64,000 nucleotides of DNA from a virus (Duplodnaviria > Caudoviricetes), in the IMG/VR virus record IMGVR_UViG_3300037047_000246; one strand, 5' to 3'. The notes under the pieces are model-generated. The model did not search any database. It was not told the DNA's origin and saw only the letters and a list, made by a program, of their open reading frames with translations. The translations under genes were made by a program, and so were the position numbers. Numbering within the stretch: position 1 is the first letter of the stretch; each line of letters starts with the position of its first letter. Shown here piece after piece: positions 38,366-46,851 of this stretch.

Positions 38366-38602
38366 TCAAGACTGCATGATTCGGCGCACGAGCTGCCGAT
38401 TGCAATCAGAGTACACTTGGTCTCGCTTCAAATCTGCTGGCTGCGGCTTCCACCCGACGCAATCGCGCGGGTCTGTGTCGTCCGGCGCCGCCACTCGGCA
38501 CTCGGCGCCGCACTGGGTGCATCGCCAAATGAGCACGCACTTGCGCCGCTTTTTGCGCCACCCGATGCGATGGCGCGCCATCTGCCAGTCGTGGTTGAGC
38601 AT
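38366..38602 (-). CDS. small zinc-finger protein (tag VRRIMQS)
   Basis: HDW...WRCTQCG. Confidence 0.7.
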   Translation of the reverse strand: MLNHDWQMARHRIGWRKKRRKCVLIWRCTQCGAECRVAAPDDTDPRDCVGWKPQPADLKRDQVYSDCNRQLVRRIMQS

Positions 38603-38638
38603 GATTGGCGCTACTTCGTGCTGGCGGCGATTTCCGGC

Positions 38639-38902
38639 TCATATTGAGTGGATGTACATCACGAGAGCTTCCTCGTACGTAATTGGTACGATTGAATCTA
38701 AACTGTGCATTGCTCGCCACTGCGTAGCGCAGTCCTTGCACAGCGCATTAGGGCGCATAACCAGACTACCAAACCTCCCATCAATCGGTAGAAGTGTGCG
38801 CCACCATTCGACGGCAGGCTTACCGCATCGTTCTCCTTCCAGTTCAGGCCCCTCTACCAGAAGAATGACGCAACATCTGTCTGTGGGTAATCTTGCAATC
38901 AT
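38639..38902 (-). CDS. small Cys-containing protein (tag VMYIHSI)
   Basis: 87-aa ORF. Confidence 0.65.
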   Translation of the reverse strand: MIARLPTDRCCVILLVEGPELEGERCGKPAVEWWRTLLPIDGRFGSLVMRPNALCKDCATQWRAMHSLDSIVPITYEEALVMYIHSI

Positions 38903-38946
38903 TCAGTGATGCTCGTGTGGTCGCTAGTCGGTCTTGCGCTTGGACT

Positions 38947-39172
38947 TCATATGTCTTTTCCCATGCCCCATCCGGACTTGAACTCTTCGAACTCCTGCTC
39001 AGTGCCGCCGCCGGAGACTTCGAAAGCTTCGCGGATTTCGGCGTCCTCAGGGTCGTCTGAAAGAACAGAATCGCGGCGAATGCGGCAGAATGCGCAAGAG
39101 CAAAGCTCAGACCGAACTTCCATCAGTATCTTGCCAAGCTCGTTGCGGCCTTCGCCACCGACCTGCCCCCAA
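38947..39172 (-). pseudogene. NADAR (YbiA-like) C-terminal fragment
   Basis: WGQVGGEGRNELGKILMEVRSEL is the conserved NADAR C-terminal motif (FWG...G.N.LGK.LM.VR). Confidence 0.88.
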
Positions 39173-39232
39173 AGGTGGTGAGTCGTGAGGCAGCTTGTAA
39201 AACTCTGACTTGAAATTGGTACTGTTGGCAGA

Positions 39233-39541
39233 ATGAACAGAGATTGCACCAAAGGAATTGCTGGCTGTAAGTGCGCAGCTGGCTTCAAGCCAGAAGAGCA
39301 GTGCCCGGAGTGCCGGGAGGACGGAAGAAGGTATTCATACTGCATGTGTCCGCCAGATTTCGAACACGAGCGTCCTGTTAACACGGCCTCGGCCTCTGTC
39401 GAGGACAAATTGGCCGCTGCCAAAAGTTCGCTGCTTGAATTGTCTGAATACTCTGGTCCGCTGGCCGTTGAGCTTAGGGCCCGCAAAGTCATGCTGATAA
39501 AATCCCTCGAAATACTGATGAAACATCCTGAGAGCAAGTGA
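39233..39541 (+). CDS. Cys-rich hypothetical protein within inverted segment
   Basis: 102-aa ORF; TGTAAA at 39196-39201. Confidence 0.65.
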   Translation: MNRDCTKGIAGCKCAAGFKPEEQCPECREDGRRYSYCMCPPDFEHERPVNTASASVEDKLAAAKSSLLELSEYSGPLAVELRARKVMLIKSLEILMKHPESK

Positions 39542-39583
39542 GCGTGCCCCAAACTGAGCGCATGCCGGAAAGTAGAGTCCGGC

Positions 39584-39808
39584 ATGCGCTCATTTGTCGC
39601 CATTTTTATGCTCTTGGCAGGGTGCGGATCGCAAGACTCCCGACCTGCTTACACTTGCATGAAGGCACTCGACGCGTCTCGATGCGGCAGACACACCGCG
39701 TGGGAATGCACTCACGGCGTGGTGCCGGACGGCTGCACAGAAGCTGACTTGGGGCATCTTGAAGGATACGATTGGGTGGTGTGCTGCCCGCCAGGGCAGA
39801 CGCCGTGA
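39584..39808 (+). CDS. small Cys-rich lipoprotein within inverted segment
   Basis: Signal peptide with lipobox LAGC. Confidence 0.7.
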   Translation: MRSFVAIFMLLAGCGSQDSRPAYTCMKALDASRCGRHTAWECTHGVVPDGCTEADLGHLEGYDWVVCCPPGQTP

Positions 39809-39837
39809 CAAATCGCGTCTCAGCTGCTTTCTCTGAT

Positions 39838-39843
39838 TGTAAA
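39838..39843 (+). promoter_or_regulatory. YGTA(A/T)N promoter box, structured RNA/NADAR
   Basis: TGTAAA, 7 nt before the predicted RNA 5' end. Confidence 0.5.
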
Positions 39844-39850
39844 CTTGCTG

Positions 39851-39965
39851 ACACCTGAACGGTCTAACATGGGCGCGACTCTGCCTGCGGCGGAAATCTG
39901 TGCAGGTCCCGAGTACGAGGCACAAGCGAAGTTTTAACCCGGTGCCGGTTGCGGCCGGTCAGGTG
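39851..39965 (+). ncRNA. candidate structured RNA / 5' leader of the NADAR gene
   Basis: Closing stem 39852-39862 with 39955-39965 (10/11 pairs), nested stems GGCGC/GTGCC, ACTC/GAGT, CCTGC/GCAGG; begins 7 nt after TGTAAA. Confidence 0.5.
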
Positions 39966-39969
39966 ACTC

Positions 39970-40316
39970 ATGACCACGATCGATTCTTTCAGCGGAGAGT
40001 TTGAATTTCTGTCGAATTTTTACCCGTGCCAGGTCATGTTTGACGGCGTGGTGTGGAAAAGCGTGGAGCATGCGTACCAAGCAGCCAAGACAGACAGCTG
40101 CAAAGAGCGCACCGCAATCTACGGAGCGACGTCGCCAGCCAGAGCCAAACGGCTTGGCGCAAAAGTGCGCCTGCGCAAGGGGTGGGATCAGCTCAGGTTA
40201 GGCGTGATGAAAGAACTTGTCCGAGACAAGTTTGTGCGCAGTGCCGAGCTGCGGCAAAAACTTATCTACACCCAGCACGCGCAGCTTGTGGAAGGTAACA
40301 CATGGGGCGACAGGTT
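39970..40316 (+). pseudogene. NADAR (YbiA-like) N-terminal 115 codons, broken by inversion
   Basis: FLSNFY, SVEHAYQAAK, AKRLG, WD.....VM...V..KF, LVEGNTWGDR, then similarity is lost. Confidence 0.92.
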
Positions 40317-40501
40317 ACTAGCACGGCGGGGCGGACTTCGTACTGGCTCTCCTGCAGTCCGTTCACGTCGCACAACTCTGCGATGAACTCGTTGGCGGCT
40401 TGCTCGGTATTGAACATCGTAGTTTCCTCACCAGTCCCGCATGTGCATGCCGAGTGCTCGTCGTCGCCCTTGAACCACACAATGAATCCAGGAATCTCCA
40501 T
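40317..40501 (-). CDS. hypothetical protein whose 3' end was replaced by the inversion
   Basis: MEIPGFIVWF...; flipping the segment gives a short end ...RPAVLVGGES-stop. Confidence 0.6.
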
Positions 40502-40531
40502 GTCACCCCTCCCCTCGGACCTGGAAGCACA

Positions 40532-40723
40532 TCATATGGTCATCACATGCTTGACACATTGCTCGTCGCAAAACAAGACTCCATTGAGCTGCCATAGACG
40601 GCTGTCCGTGTTCGGGTCAGAGCAATTGGTGATCACTGCAGCTGCACAATTCCGGCACTGCCACAGTCGCCAGTTTCCATACTTGGTGTCACCACTCATT
40701 CTGACGATCCAGTTGTGCAACAT
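40532..40723 (-). CDS. small zinc-finger protein (tag VKHVMTI)
   Basis: HNW...WQCRNC. Confidence 0.7.
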   Translation of the reverse strand: MLHNWIVRMSGDTKYGNWRLWQCRNCAAAVITNCSDPNTDSRLWQLNGVLFCDEQCVKHVMTI

Positions 40724-40788
40724 TTATTTGCACATCTCAGCTTGCTCCGGGGCCGTGCGATCCGATATGCAGCATAACACAGATGTGA

Positions 40789-41040
40789 TCAGCATTCGGT
40801 TTTGTTCTGTTTCCAGCGGCGCAAGAAGCGTCTGTCAGGGCGGCTTCCCTCGTGCACTCCGCCGTGCCCAGCGAGCCGCCGGCAGACGTAGCCTAGATGC
40901 TCCGCCCCGCATTGGTCGTCGCCCGCATAAGGCGGCTTGCCCAGCCGGACGCGGTCCTTGACCTCTTTGGCCGATCGCTTGGCCGAAGCCCGGCAGCGGG
41001 TCGCGTGCTTGATCTGATTTGTCTTCTTGCGCGTTTTCAT
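40789..41040 (-). CDS. basic hypothetical protein
   Basis: ATGA-coupled; C...C...H..H. Confidence 0.55.
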   Translation of the reverse strand: MKTRKKTNQIKHATRCRASAKRSAKEVKDRVRLGKPPYAGDDQCGAEHLGYVCRRLAGHGGVHEGSRPDRRFLRRWKQNKTEC

Positions 41041-41372
41041 CCGTCCATTACCTGGCTGACAATGACGTAGTTATTCATCTCTCGCGCAAGCATACAATGC
41101 TCAAAGGCAGCCGCATGGCTGCCATGCAACTTGGGGTCCATACCGACCATTTGCACAAATTTCCGCCGCGTGTTTTCGTCCATACCCTTGCAGGTATTGA
41201 CGAACGACAGCAGGCCGGCCATCTGGAACTCGAACCATGTTGGGTCCTCTAGCGCAGGCGAGCCGTCATGATCGAATTTGGTTGGGCCGTGCTTGGCGCT
41301 CCACTTAAAGCTGTGGCCGCACGCGGCGCAGACCCATTTGCACCCTTCGCACTTCCAGTTGTGCGACGACAT
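41037..41372 (-). CDS. small zinc-finger protein (tag VSQVMDG)
   Basis: HNWKC..C.WVCAACG. Confidence 0.7.
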   Translation of the reverse strand: MSSHNWKCEGCKWVCAACGHSFKWSAKHGPTKFDHDGSPALEDPTWFEFQMAGLLSFVNTCKGMDENTRRKFVQMVGMDPKLHGSHAAAFEHCMLAREMNNYVIVSQVMDG

Positions 41373-42473
41373 TCAACGCACCTCGTGCATCTCGGGCATC
41401 GGGCGTGCCATATATTCGATGCAGCGCAGCAACTTCAGGTCGGAAACCCCTACCAGAGAGCCATGTCCGCGCAAGTTAATAGCAAATCCAGGAGCCATTT
41501 GCGGCGTGAGTTCGAGCACAGCGTCGGCTTCTCTCACGTCGCCACAGGCCAGCACATCGCGCGTCATAGGAGCCCCTAAGACGTAGGTGTGCGAGTGCAG
41601 CATAAATCGCACGAACGGCAGGCGATTGAAAAGTCGGATACTGATTGGCGAATCGACCGACGGCTTGGCATCGCCCCAGTACCCTGTGCGCTGCTCGTCC
41701 AGCAAGCTCACCGGAACGAATCCGCCCGCGCCGATGTCGCGCTTGTCTATGTTGCGCCGAGACATGTAGGCAATGCCACCCAGGCGGAAGGCGGGGAACC
41801 CGCTCTCGCATCGGAAGGACGCATTGCCCATCAGGCGCTCCGGATTAACCGCAGCATGTATCAATTCGTGAAACGTCTTGGCATGACTGCGGACGATATT
41901 GAAGAACTCTTCCACCTCGTCCGGCACGCCTACCTGATGACAGGCGGCGCGCCACAAGTCGGACTGCTCGCTGCCCAAGCACGTTGAGCTGACGCGCGTA
42001 CCGTGCTGCAGCTCTGTCATCCTGGCAGCGAGCGCCCCGGCGACGCGCTCGACATCTAGCTCGTTCGACAGGAACACATTGCCAAGCGGATCCATCAGCG
42101 TGGTGGACACCTTGCTTTCGGCCTTGCGCAGCTCTAGCATCAGGCCACTGTGGGATTTGAGCGCGCGGGCGATCAAATCGCCAAAAGAGTAGCGCCCTTC
42201 GTCGTTGCGCTTGGTTGTGATCAGCAGCGTGTGCGGCGCGAGCCGCTTGATGTCGTTGATCAGCTTGGGCCGGCTGTTGTCGACGTCCGGCATCCACAGC
42301 ACAGTGTCGTGGTCCGGCAGGGCCTTACATATGCGCTCCAGCGTCGCCCAGTCGCCGCCATTGTGCACGGTAGCGATATGTGCGAGGTGTTGCGCGAGCA
42401 GGTTGACGTATCCGGATGGCTTGCCTGTTTCGAAGTTGCCGCCGATGATCAGCATGAGATGATTTACACTCAA
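41373..42473 (-). CDS. class II aldolase/adducin-like domain protein with extra N-terminal domain
   Basis: GNASFR, KPSVDS, MLHSH, LRGHGSL motifs in the C-terminal half. Confidence 0.7.
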   Translation of the reverse strand: MSVNHLMLIIGGNFETGKPSGYVNLLAQHLAHIATVHNGGDWATLERICKALPDHDTVLWMPDVDNSRPKLINDIKRLAPHTLLITTKRNDEGRYSFGDLIARALKSHSGLMLELRKAESKVSTTLMDPLGNVFLSNELDVERVAGALAARMTELQHGTRVSSTCLGSEQSDLWRAACHQVGVPDEVEEFFNIVRSHAKTFHELIHAAVNPERLMGNASFRCESGFPAFRLGGIAYMSRRNIDKRDIGAGGFVPVSLLDEQRTGYWGDAKPSVDSPISIRLFNRLPFVRFMLHSHTYVLGAPMTRDVLACGDVREADAVLELTPQMAPGFAINLRGHGSLVGVSDLKLLRCIEYMARPMPEMHEVR

Positions 42474-42937
42474 TCAGTCATCACCGACACTACTATTTTG
42501 TTGTCTATCATGTCGATCATCTCGCTGCGGCTCACCCCGGCGCGAATGGCGTCGTGTAGGGCCTTTTGCAGGGCCACGCGCGGCTCGACCGCCTTCTTGA
42601 GCCACGTGGCGTCGACATAGGTGTCGACACCGAACGACATGGCGTTGAGCGCCATGTCGGCGCGAATTCTGGCGTCGCTGAGCGGCTCAAGCTTCCACCA
42701 AGTGCCATGCAGCTTCACCGCCTCGCCGTCGGGGCGCATGCCGGTCGAGTGCGAGGCCATCGATCTGGCGGCCCATAGCACCGGCGGTGCTTCATCGCTG
42801 AGCATTCGGTTCCAGTCCATCCATTGAACCGGCGGCAGATCGCCCAGAGGCTCAACCTTGAAAGCGCTGGTCTGCCTGCCTTGCGAATATGTTGCCAAAG
42901 CTCCAGTCGACACCGCCGGCCCGACCAAGTTGACCAT
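42470..42937 (-). CDS. hypothetical protein (tag VVSVMTD)
   Basis: ORF in a coupled minus-strand run. Confidence 0.65.
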   Translation of the reverse strand: MVNLVGPAVSTGALATYSQGRQTSAFKVEPLGDLPPVQWMDWNRMLSDEAPPVLWAARSMASHSTGMRPDGEAVKLHGTWWKLEPLSDARIRADMALNAMSFGVDTYVDATWLKKAVEPRVALQKALHDAIRAGVSRSEMIDMIDNKIVVSVMTD

Positions 42938-42938
42938 C

Positions 42939-43196
42939 TTAGCTCTCCTGCACTTCCTTGACTTGGAACAAATCAGCCACGTGTTGCACGTCTTCAAGAG
43001 TTACCTTGCGCGAACCGGACTTGCAAGTGTTGGCATAGGTTATGATGTCGTGCGCGTCCCTGCCAGAGATAAGCTGCAAAATGCCGAAGATCTCTTCTGG
43101 CGTAAATTTAGCAAACGTGCGAGCACGCGGGACGTGCTCCCTGCCCACATTGTTGAAGAAGCGAAACATCCCATCGGCTGCTTTGCTCTTAGGCAT
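42939..43196 (-). CDS. hypothetical protein (tag VKEVQES)
   Basis: ATG 43196 with TGTACG box 7 nt upstream. Confidence 0.65.
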   Translation of the reverse strand: MPKSKAADGMFRFFNNVGREHVPRARTFAKFTPEEIFGILQLISGRDAHDIITYANTCKSGSRKVTLEDVQHVADLFQVKEVQES

Positions 43197-43408
43197 GCCG
43201 AGATCGTACAATCGAACCAGCACCTATTTTCGAGATACCCGCGTTAGCAGTGCGGCATCAGGACCTTCCCGACCAACGCTTCCACGTCTTATACGAGCTG
43301 GCACCACATTTGTTTGCGGCATGATATACCGTGTCTGTCACGCCGCAAACTAGACCGGGTTTTGCCGGGTTTCCGGCCCTTCTTAAGATTTCGATGGGAC
43401 GCTAGGGC

Positions 43409-43819
43409 ATGACCCCCAAAGAGTACTCAGCGCTCCTGTGCAATATTGCCGACAAGATCGATGCTTCCCGGAAGCCTTCCCGCACTTTGGTGGCTGCAGC
43501 CATTCGAGAAGCCATCGCCGCTGTAAAGCGCACCAAAGACGAAGGCAAAAAGGACAAGATCAATAAGAAGGACGTGGACGCGTCCACCGCGGCTTCCATG
43601 CACATGGGTCTGCTAGAGCGGTACAAGGAGTTCCACGATACTGGAGCCAACCTGCTTGGATTCAGAAATGTGGTTGTGGACGGCATTCCGGAAGACTCAC
43701 CGAACGATGTGCTCACCGCGCGCAAAGAGTGCGCCGCAGCGTTTGATGCCTTGGACCAGGCTATGAAGAGCGCGAGGGCAAGTTACTCACGTCTCATGGC
43801 GTCGCTGGCAGGCATCTAG
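43409..43819 (+). CDS. hypothetical helical protein
   Basis: 136 aa; followed by hairpin GAACCC...GGGTTC. Confidence 0.75.
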   Translation: MTPKEYSALLCNIADKIDASRKPSRTLVAAAIREAIAAVKRTKDEGKKDKINKKDVDASTAASMHMGLLERYKEFHDTGANLLGFRNVVVDGIPEDSPNDVLTARKECAAAFDALDQAMKSARASYSRLMASLAGI

Positions 43820-44012
43820 AACCCTTCGTGGATTGAGCTCCTTCGTGGGGTTCAAGTTCACGATCTACTGCCACGCCCACATCGAATCTGGTCGGCGCCC
43901 CATCGGCATCACCAAGCACACGATGATGCATCATCTCTCCGGACGCCCTGGCTTGGAAGCCATTTAACTACCTCAGATAGCACCTTCCAAACGTTTATTC
44001 TTTGCCCAATGC

Positions 44013-44285
44013 ATGGGCAAACTGCGCACAGATTCAAGCTCCCAAATTGAAGCCCAGAACGCGTGGCCGTCAACCGAGCGCGACACATTGACGACTTGCC
44101 CCGCTTGCGGAGGCACCGGCAAAAAAGAAGTGACTGGACAACAGCCGGGCCAATACAGGTACCTAACCTGTCGCTGGTGCTTCGGATATGGCAGCACGAC
44201 CAAACAGATCCACTTAGCATTCGTGCGGTGGCTGAGGATTTTGAACCGGAACCGGCACCTCGGTCGATGCGGGGCAAAACCATAG
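44013..44285 (+). CDS. DnaJ-type zinc-finger protein
   Basis: CPACGGTG...CRWCFGYG. Confidence 0.65.
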   Translation: MGKLRTDSSSQIEAQNAWPSTERDTLTTCPACGGTGKKEVTGQQPGQYRYLTCRWCFGYGSTTKQIHLAFVRWLRILNRNRHLGRCGAKP

Positions 44286-44321
44286 GCCATCGCTTTCGGC
44301 TGTTTGTCCTGCAACAGTTGC

Positions 44322-44846
44322 ATGGATTTGGTCAGAATCGCATCAAAGGTTGCCCAAGGTTGGCAAGACGAACTGCAAGGCGGTCTTGCAGACGACAAAA
44401 TGCCGCAGCAGTTCGACCCCCAATCGCTCATCAAGGGCACCGTCGTGGAGTTCGAACACACGTGCGCAGAAGCGCACGAGCTGCTGAAGCAGAATCCTGA
44501 TGCCGTGCACAAGGCAATAGAGATTGCCATGGATCATCTGACCGAAGATCCTGCGTACTACGACAAATTGGCTGAAATGGAAAGCTCGGGCAGACAGCAG
44601 ACTGCTTCCAGGGCCACTGAGCATCTCATGTACTGGAAGCAAGCCTTGTCCGGCGACGCTCCGCGCGACCCCGGCAGCAAAGCCACGGCTAGGAAGTATG
44701 CGGACCTGGCAGATATGCTGGCAAATAAGAAAGAACGAAAGGTCAGTCAGGGGCTTCCGCATCCTAGGTTCGAAAGCTTCTACGTCAAGTGGTCTCCAGA
44801 CGAGCTGCGGGAACTTGCTCGCGGTTTGCGCATGCTATCTGCTTGA
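44322..44846 (+). CDS. DUF5661-like protein with N-terminal RIASKVA motif
   Basis: KGTVVEFEHT...AIEIAMDHLTEDPAYYDKLAEME. Confidence 0.7.
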   Translation: MDLVRIASKVAQGWQDELQGGLADDKMPQQFDPQSLIKGTVVEFEHTCAEAHELLKQNPDAVHKAIEIAMDHLTEDPAYYDKLAEMESSGRQQTASRATEHLMYWKQALSGDAPRDPGSKATARKYADLADMLANKKERKVSQGLPHPRFESFYVKWSPDELRELARGLRMLSA

Positions 44847-44917
44847 CCATGTCGCATAGGCCTCAAGGCCGCCATAGTCGGGCTCGTCCATATGCGCTGC
44901 AGCGCATACTGAAGGCT

Positions 44918-45127
44918 TCATGACTCGTGGGTGTTGAAGATGTCGGTCATCTCGCACCCATTGTCCGGATGTGCGTCAGGGAAGCTCACTCCGCAATCAG
45001 GACATTTCCGCAGGATTCCGGCTCTAGGGTCCGCTGGGTTCTTAACGAAACTTACTAATATGAACTCGGTTCCATGTACAGCTGCTTGACATCCTGCTCG
45101 GTCAGGTTCATTTCTAGCACGTCCCAT
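44918..45127 (-). CDS. small Zn-motif protein (tag IFNTHES); N-terminus probably frameshifted
   Basis: CPDCG...HPDNGCE. Confidence 0.55.
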   Translation of the reverse strand: MGRARNEPDRAGCQAAVHGTEFILVSFVKNPADPRAGILRKCPDCGVSFPDAHPDNGCEMTDIFNTHES

Positions 45128-45316
45128 ATCGCACGCATCTCGCAGCAGTTCGGCGAATCCACTTCGCCATTTCGCTTTGCAGCACGAACATCGAAGCGTC
45201 TCCAGTTAGTCTCTGGTTGTTCGCAGCGGTCGCGCCATGGCTGCGGCCAAAGCGGCTATGCGCTAGGCCCTTCCGACCGATTCGATGAACTTTCTGATGA
45301 CGGGATCGGTGTTCAT
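45100..45316 (-). pseudogene. decayed paralogue of neighbouring Zn-motif/tag ORFs
   Basis: ATGA-coupled start 45316; in-frame TAG (45263-45265) and TAA (45206-45208); frameshift before PNCCEMRAIWDVLE. Confidence 0.65.
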
Positions 45317-45508
45317 GGCATCATCACATCCCAGATTTCGCGCAATTCACAATCGTTGAGCGGATGCGGTCCATGCAGCCACTTGGCGCCGCAGCTAGGG
45401 CATTCTTTCTGCGGTCCGCCGCCTTGCATGGTTTGAGCGAGAAGCCGACGGCCGGCCGGAGTCATGATGGCTCTGGCAATAATTGCCTCTTTTTTCGGCC
45501 GGCGTCAT
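45313..45508 (-). CDS. small Zn-motif protein (tag IWDVMMP); coupled start 45508 is out of frame by one base in an A6 run
   Basis: In-frame part 45465-45313: MTPAGRRLLAQTMQGGGPQKECPSCGAKWLHGPHPLNDCELREIWDVMMP. Confidence 0.6.
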
Positions 45509-45720
45509 GTTTCGCTCACATCATACACGTCGCGCAGCTCGCAGTCGTTGCGCGGATGGCCGAAGCAGCATTCGACGCTGCATGATGGGCATTTGGGCGG
45601 GCGCCGGAGAGTCATGTTGAGCGCCGATGCCCAATGAAGGTATCGGCCGCCCGCCTCGACGTCGAGCACGCGGATGGCCGGCGCGTCCAGAAACCGGAAG
45701 AACCGTAAGTCACGACTCAT
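45505..45720 (-). CDS. small Zn-motif protein (tag VYDVSET)
   Basis: CPSCS...HPRNDCE; AGGAGG SD. Confidence 0.7.
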   Translation of the reverse strand: MSRDLRFFRFLDAPAIRVLDVEAGGRYLHWASALNMTLRRPPKCPSCSVECCFGHPRNDCELRDVYDVSET

Positions 45721-45746
45721 GGCGCCTCCTGACCATAAGGAAACTC

Positions 45747-45911
45747 CTAAGACTCATGGACATCCTCCATCAAGCCAGTCTCACAGTTCAGCTCGTGGCC
45801 GTCAATACGCTTGCATTTGTCGCATTTCCGGAACGGCTGGTCGTAGAAGGCTTGAACGACCGAGTTCAGCAGAGGTTGTATTGGAAACGCCAGTGCGCGG
45901 CTTCCAGTCAG
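45747..45911 (-). CDS. small Zn-motif protein (tag MEDVHES), start uncertain
   Basis: Own translation ...FRKCDKCKRIDGHELNCETGLMEDVHES. Confidence 0.55.
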   Translation of the reverse strand: MTGSRALAFPIQPLLNSVVQAFYDQPFRKCDKCKRIDGHELNCETGLMEDVHES

Positions 45912-46162
45912 CGGTTGTCATCTCTCATCTGTCCTATTGTGCGGACTCCCAAGACCCACAGGACTCCCTGGACGAATCCGAGCCATCTGTTGAACCTGTC
46001 AGGATTCCCAGCGGCGTCAGGCATCTGCAGAAGCATCCACGCCACATGCTTCTTGGCGAAATGCGCATCCAGCGGCGGCGTCTCCATGGATGCTCGCTCA
46101 GGCTCGACACCGAGGTCCTTTACATAGCCCTCCATAGCTGCTGTTACCTTGTCGATGTTCAT
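45908..46162 (-). CDS. conserved-looking phage hypothetical protein
   Basis: DRFNRWLGFVQGVLW motif. Confidence 0.7.
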   Translation of the reverse strand: MNIDKVTAAMEGYVKDLGVEPERASMETPPLDAHFAKKHVAWMLLQMPDAAGNPDRFNRWLGFVQGVLWVLGVRTIGQMRDDNR

Positions 46163-46246
46163 TGTTGGCCTCTTGATTTGATCATACAATTTGGCGGGCG
46201 CCAGCGCCGAGAGGTCCAAATGACACAAGCTGTCAAAGGATTACCA

Positions 46247-46741
46247 ATGCCGAACCAAGCTCGGAACTCCACCCCCGATGTCATCGAGATAGCTGTTCGG
46301 GTTGCTGGTTCAGGGCTCGCAGCCTCCAAGGCAGACGTCGCTCGGTGGCAGCTGCTGCTGCAAGAGCACGCTGGCGTCAGCAAATCCGTAGCGGCTGACA
46401 TTGCCAAAAATTTGGTGTCGTCTGGCAGAGATCTGCCTGCGCTGGCCAGACAAAAGCGCTGGGCCGACGAAAGTGTCTTCAAGCCAGCTCTTGATGGCAC
46501 AACCCTAGCTATTGGCTGCTGGAAGATATGGAGTGAAAAAAGACCCCTCGCCTTCGGCGAAGAGCCGCCGTCGCTGGACGAATTTGCCAGGATGCTGAGC
46601 GAGGGAGACCCTCAGCTTGCCAAGCTCATGGAGCTCGCTGACTCCGTGGGCGTGGACCCAGGCCTGTTCGACGAGGCACTATCATTCATGCAAGCCGAAG
46701 AAGCAGAGCAAGAGTGGGCGAAGTATGCTGCGATATTGTAA
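46247..46741 (+). CDS. hypothetical protein with N-terminal IEIAVRVA motif
   Basis: Divergent single-gene unit. Confidence 0.65.
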   Translation: MPNQARNSTPDVIEIAVRVAGSGLAASKADVARWQLLLQEHAGVSKSVAADIAKNLVSSGRDLPALARQKRWADESVFKPALDGTTLAIGCWKIWSEKRPLAFGEEPPSLDEFARMLSEGDPQLAKLMELADSVGVDPGLFDEALSFMQAEEAEQEWAKYAAIL

Positions 46742-46763
46742 TCAATCTGCAACTTCACATTTG

Positions 46764-46838
46764 TAGGCCCGGCGGGGTTCGAACCCGCAACTCTTCGCTT
46801 ATGAGGCGAAAACGCTATCCAGTTGCGTTCACAGGCCC
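46764..46838 (-). tRNA. tRNA with CAT anticodon, probably tRNA-Ile2 (lysidine) rather than Met
   Basis: Acceptor GGGCCTG/CGGGCCT, anticodon arm TTCGC-CTCATAA-GCGAA, T arm GCGGG-TTCGAAC-CCCGC; C4:G69 and C5:G68 match known TilS determinants; no CCA. Confidence 0.88.
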
Positions 46839-46845
46839 AGTATAC

Positions 46846-46851
46846 GTTACA
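46846..46851 (-). promoter_or_regulatory. YGTA(A/T)N promoter box, tRNA-CAT
   Basis: TGTAAC, 7 nt before tRNA G1. Confidence 0.6.

Noticed and set aside
39851-39965. SRP (4.5S) RNA identity because of CAGGTCC
   Set aside because: The conserved GGAA tetraloop and GGAAGCAG that follow in SRP helix 8 are absent.
45206-45265. In-frame TAG and TAA suggesting stop-codon reassignment (code 15 or similar)
   Set aside because: TAG and TAA terminate clearly genuine genes here (ssb TAG 24763, sigma TAG 9932, dCMP deaminase TAG 33692, Hef-like TAA 24410). There is no suppressor tRNA, and the same region also has frameshifts, so decay explains it better.
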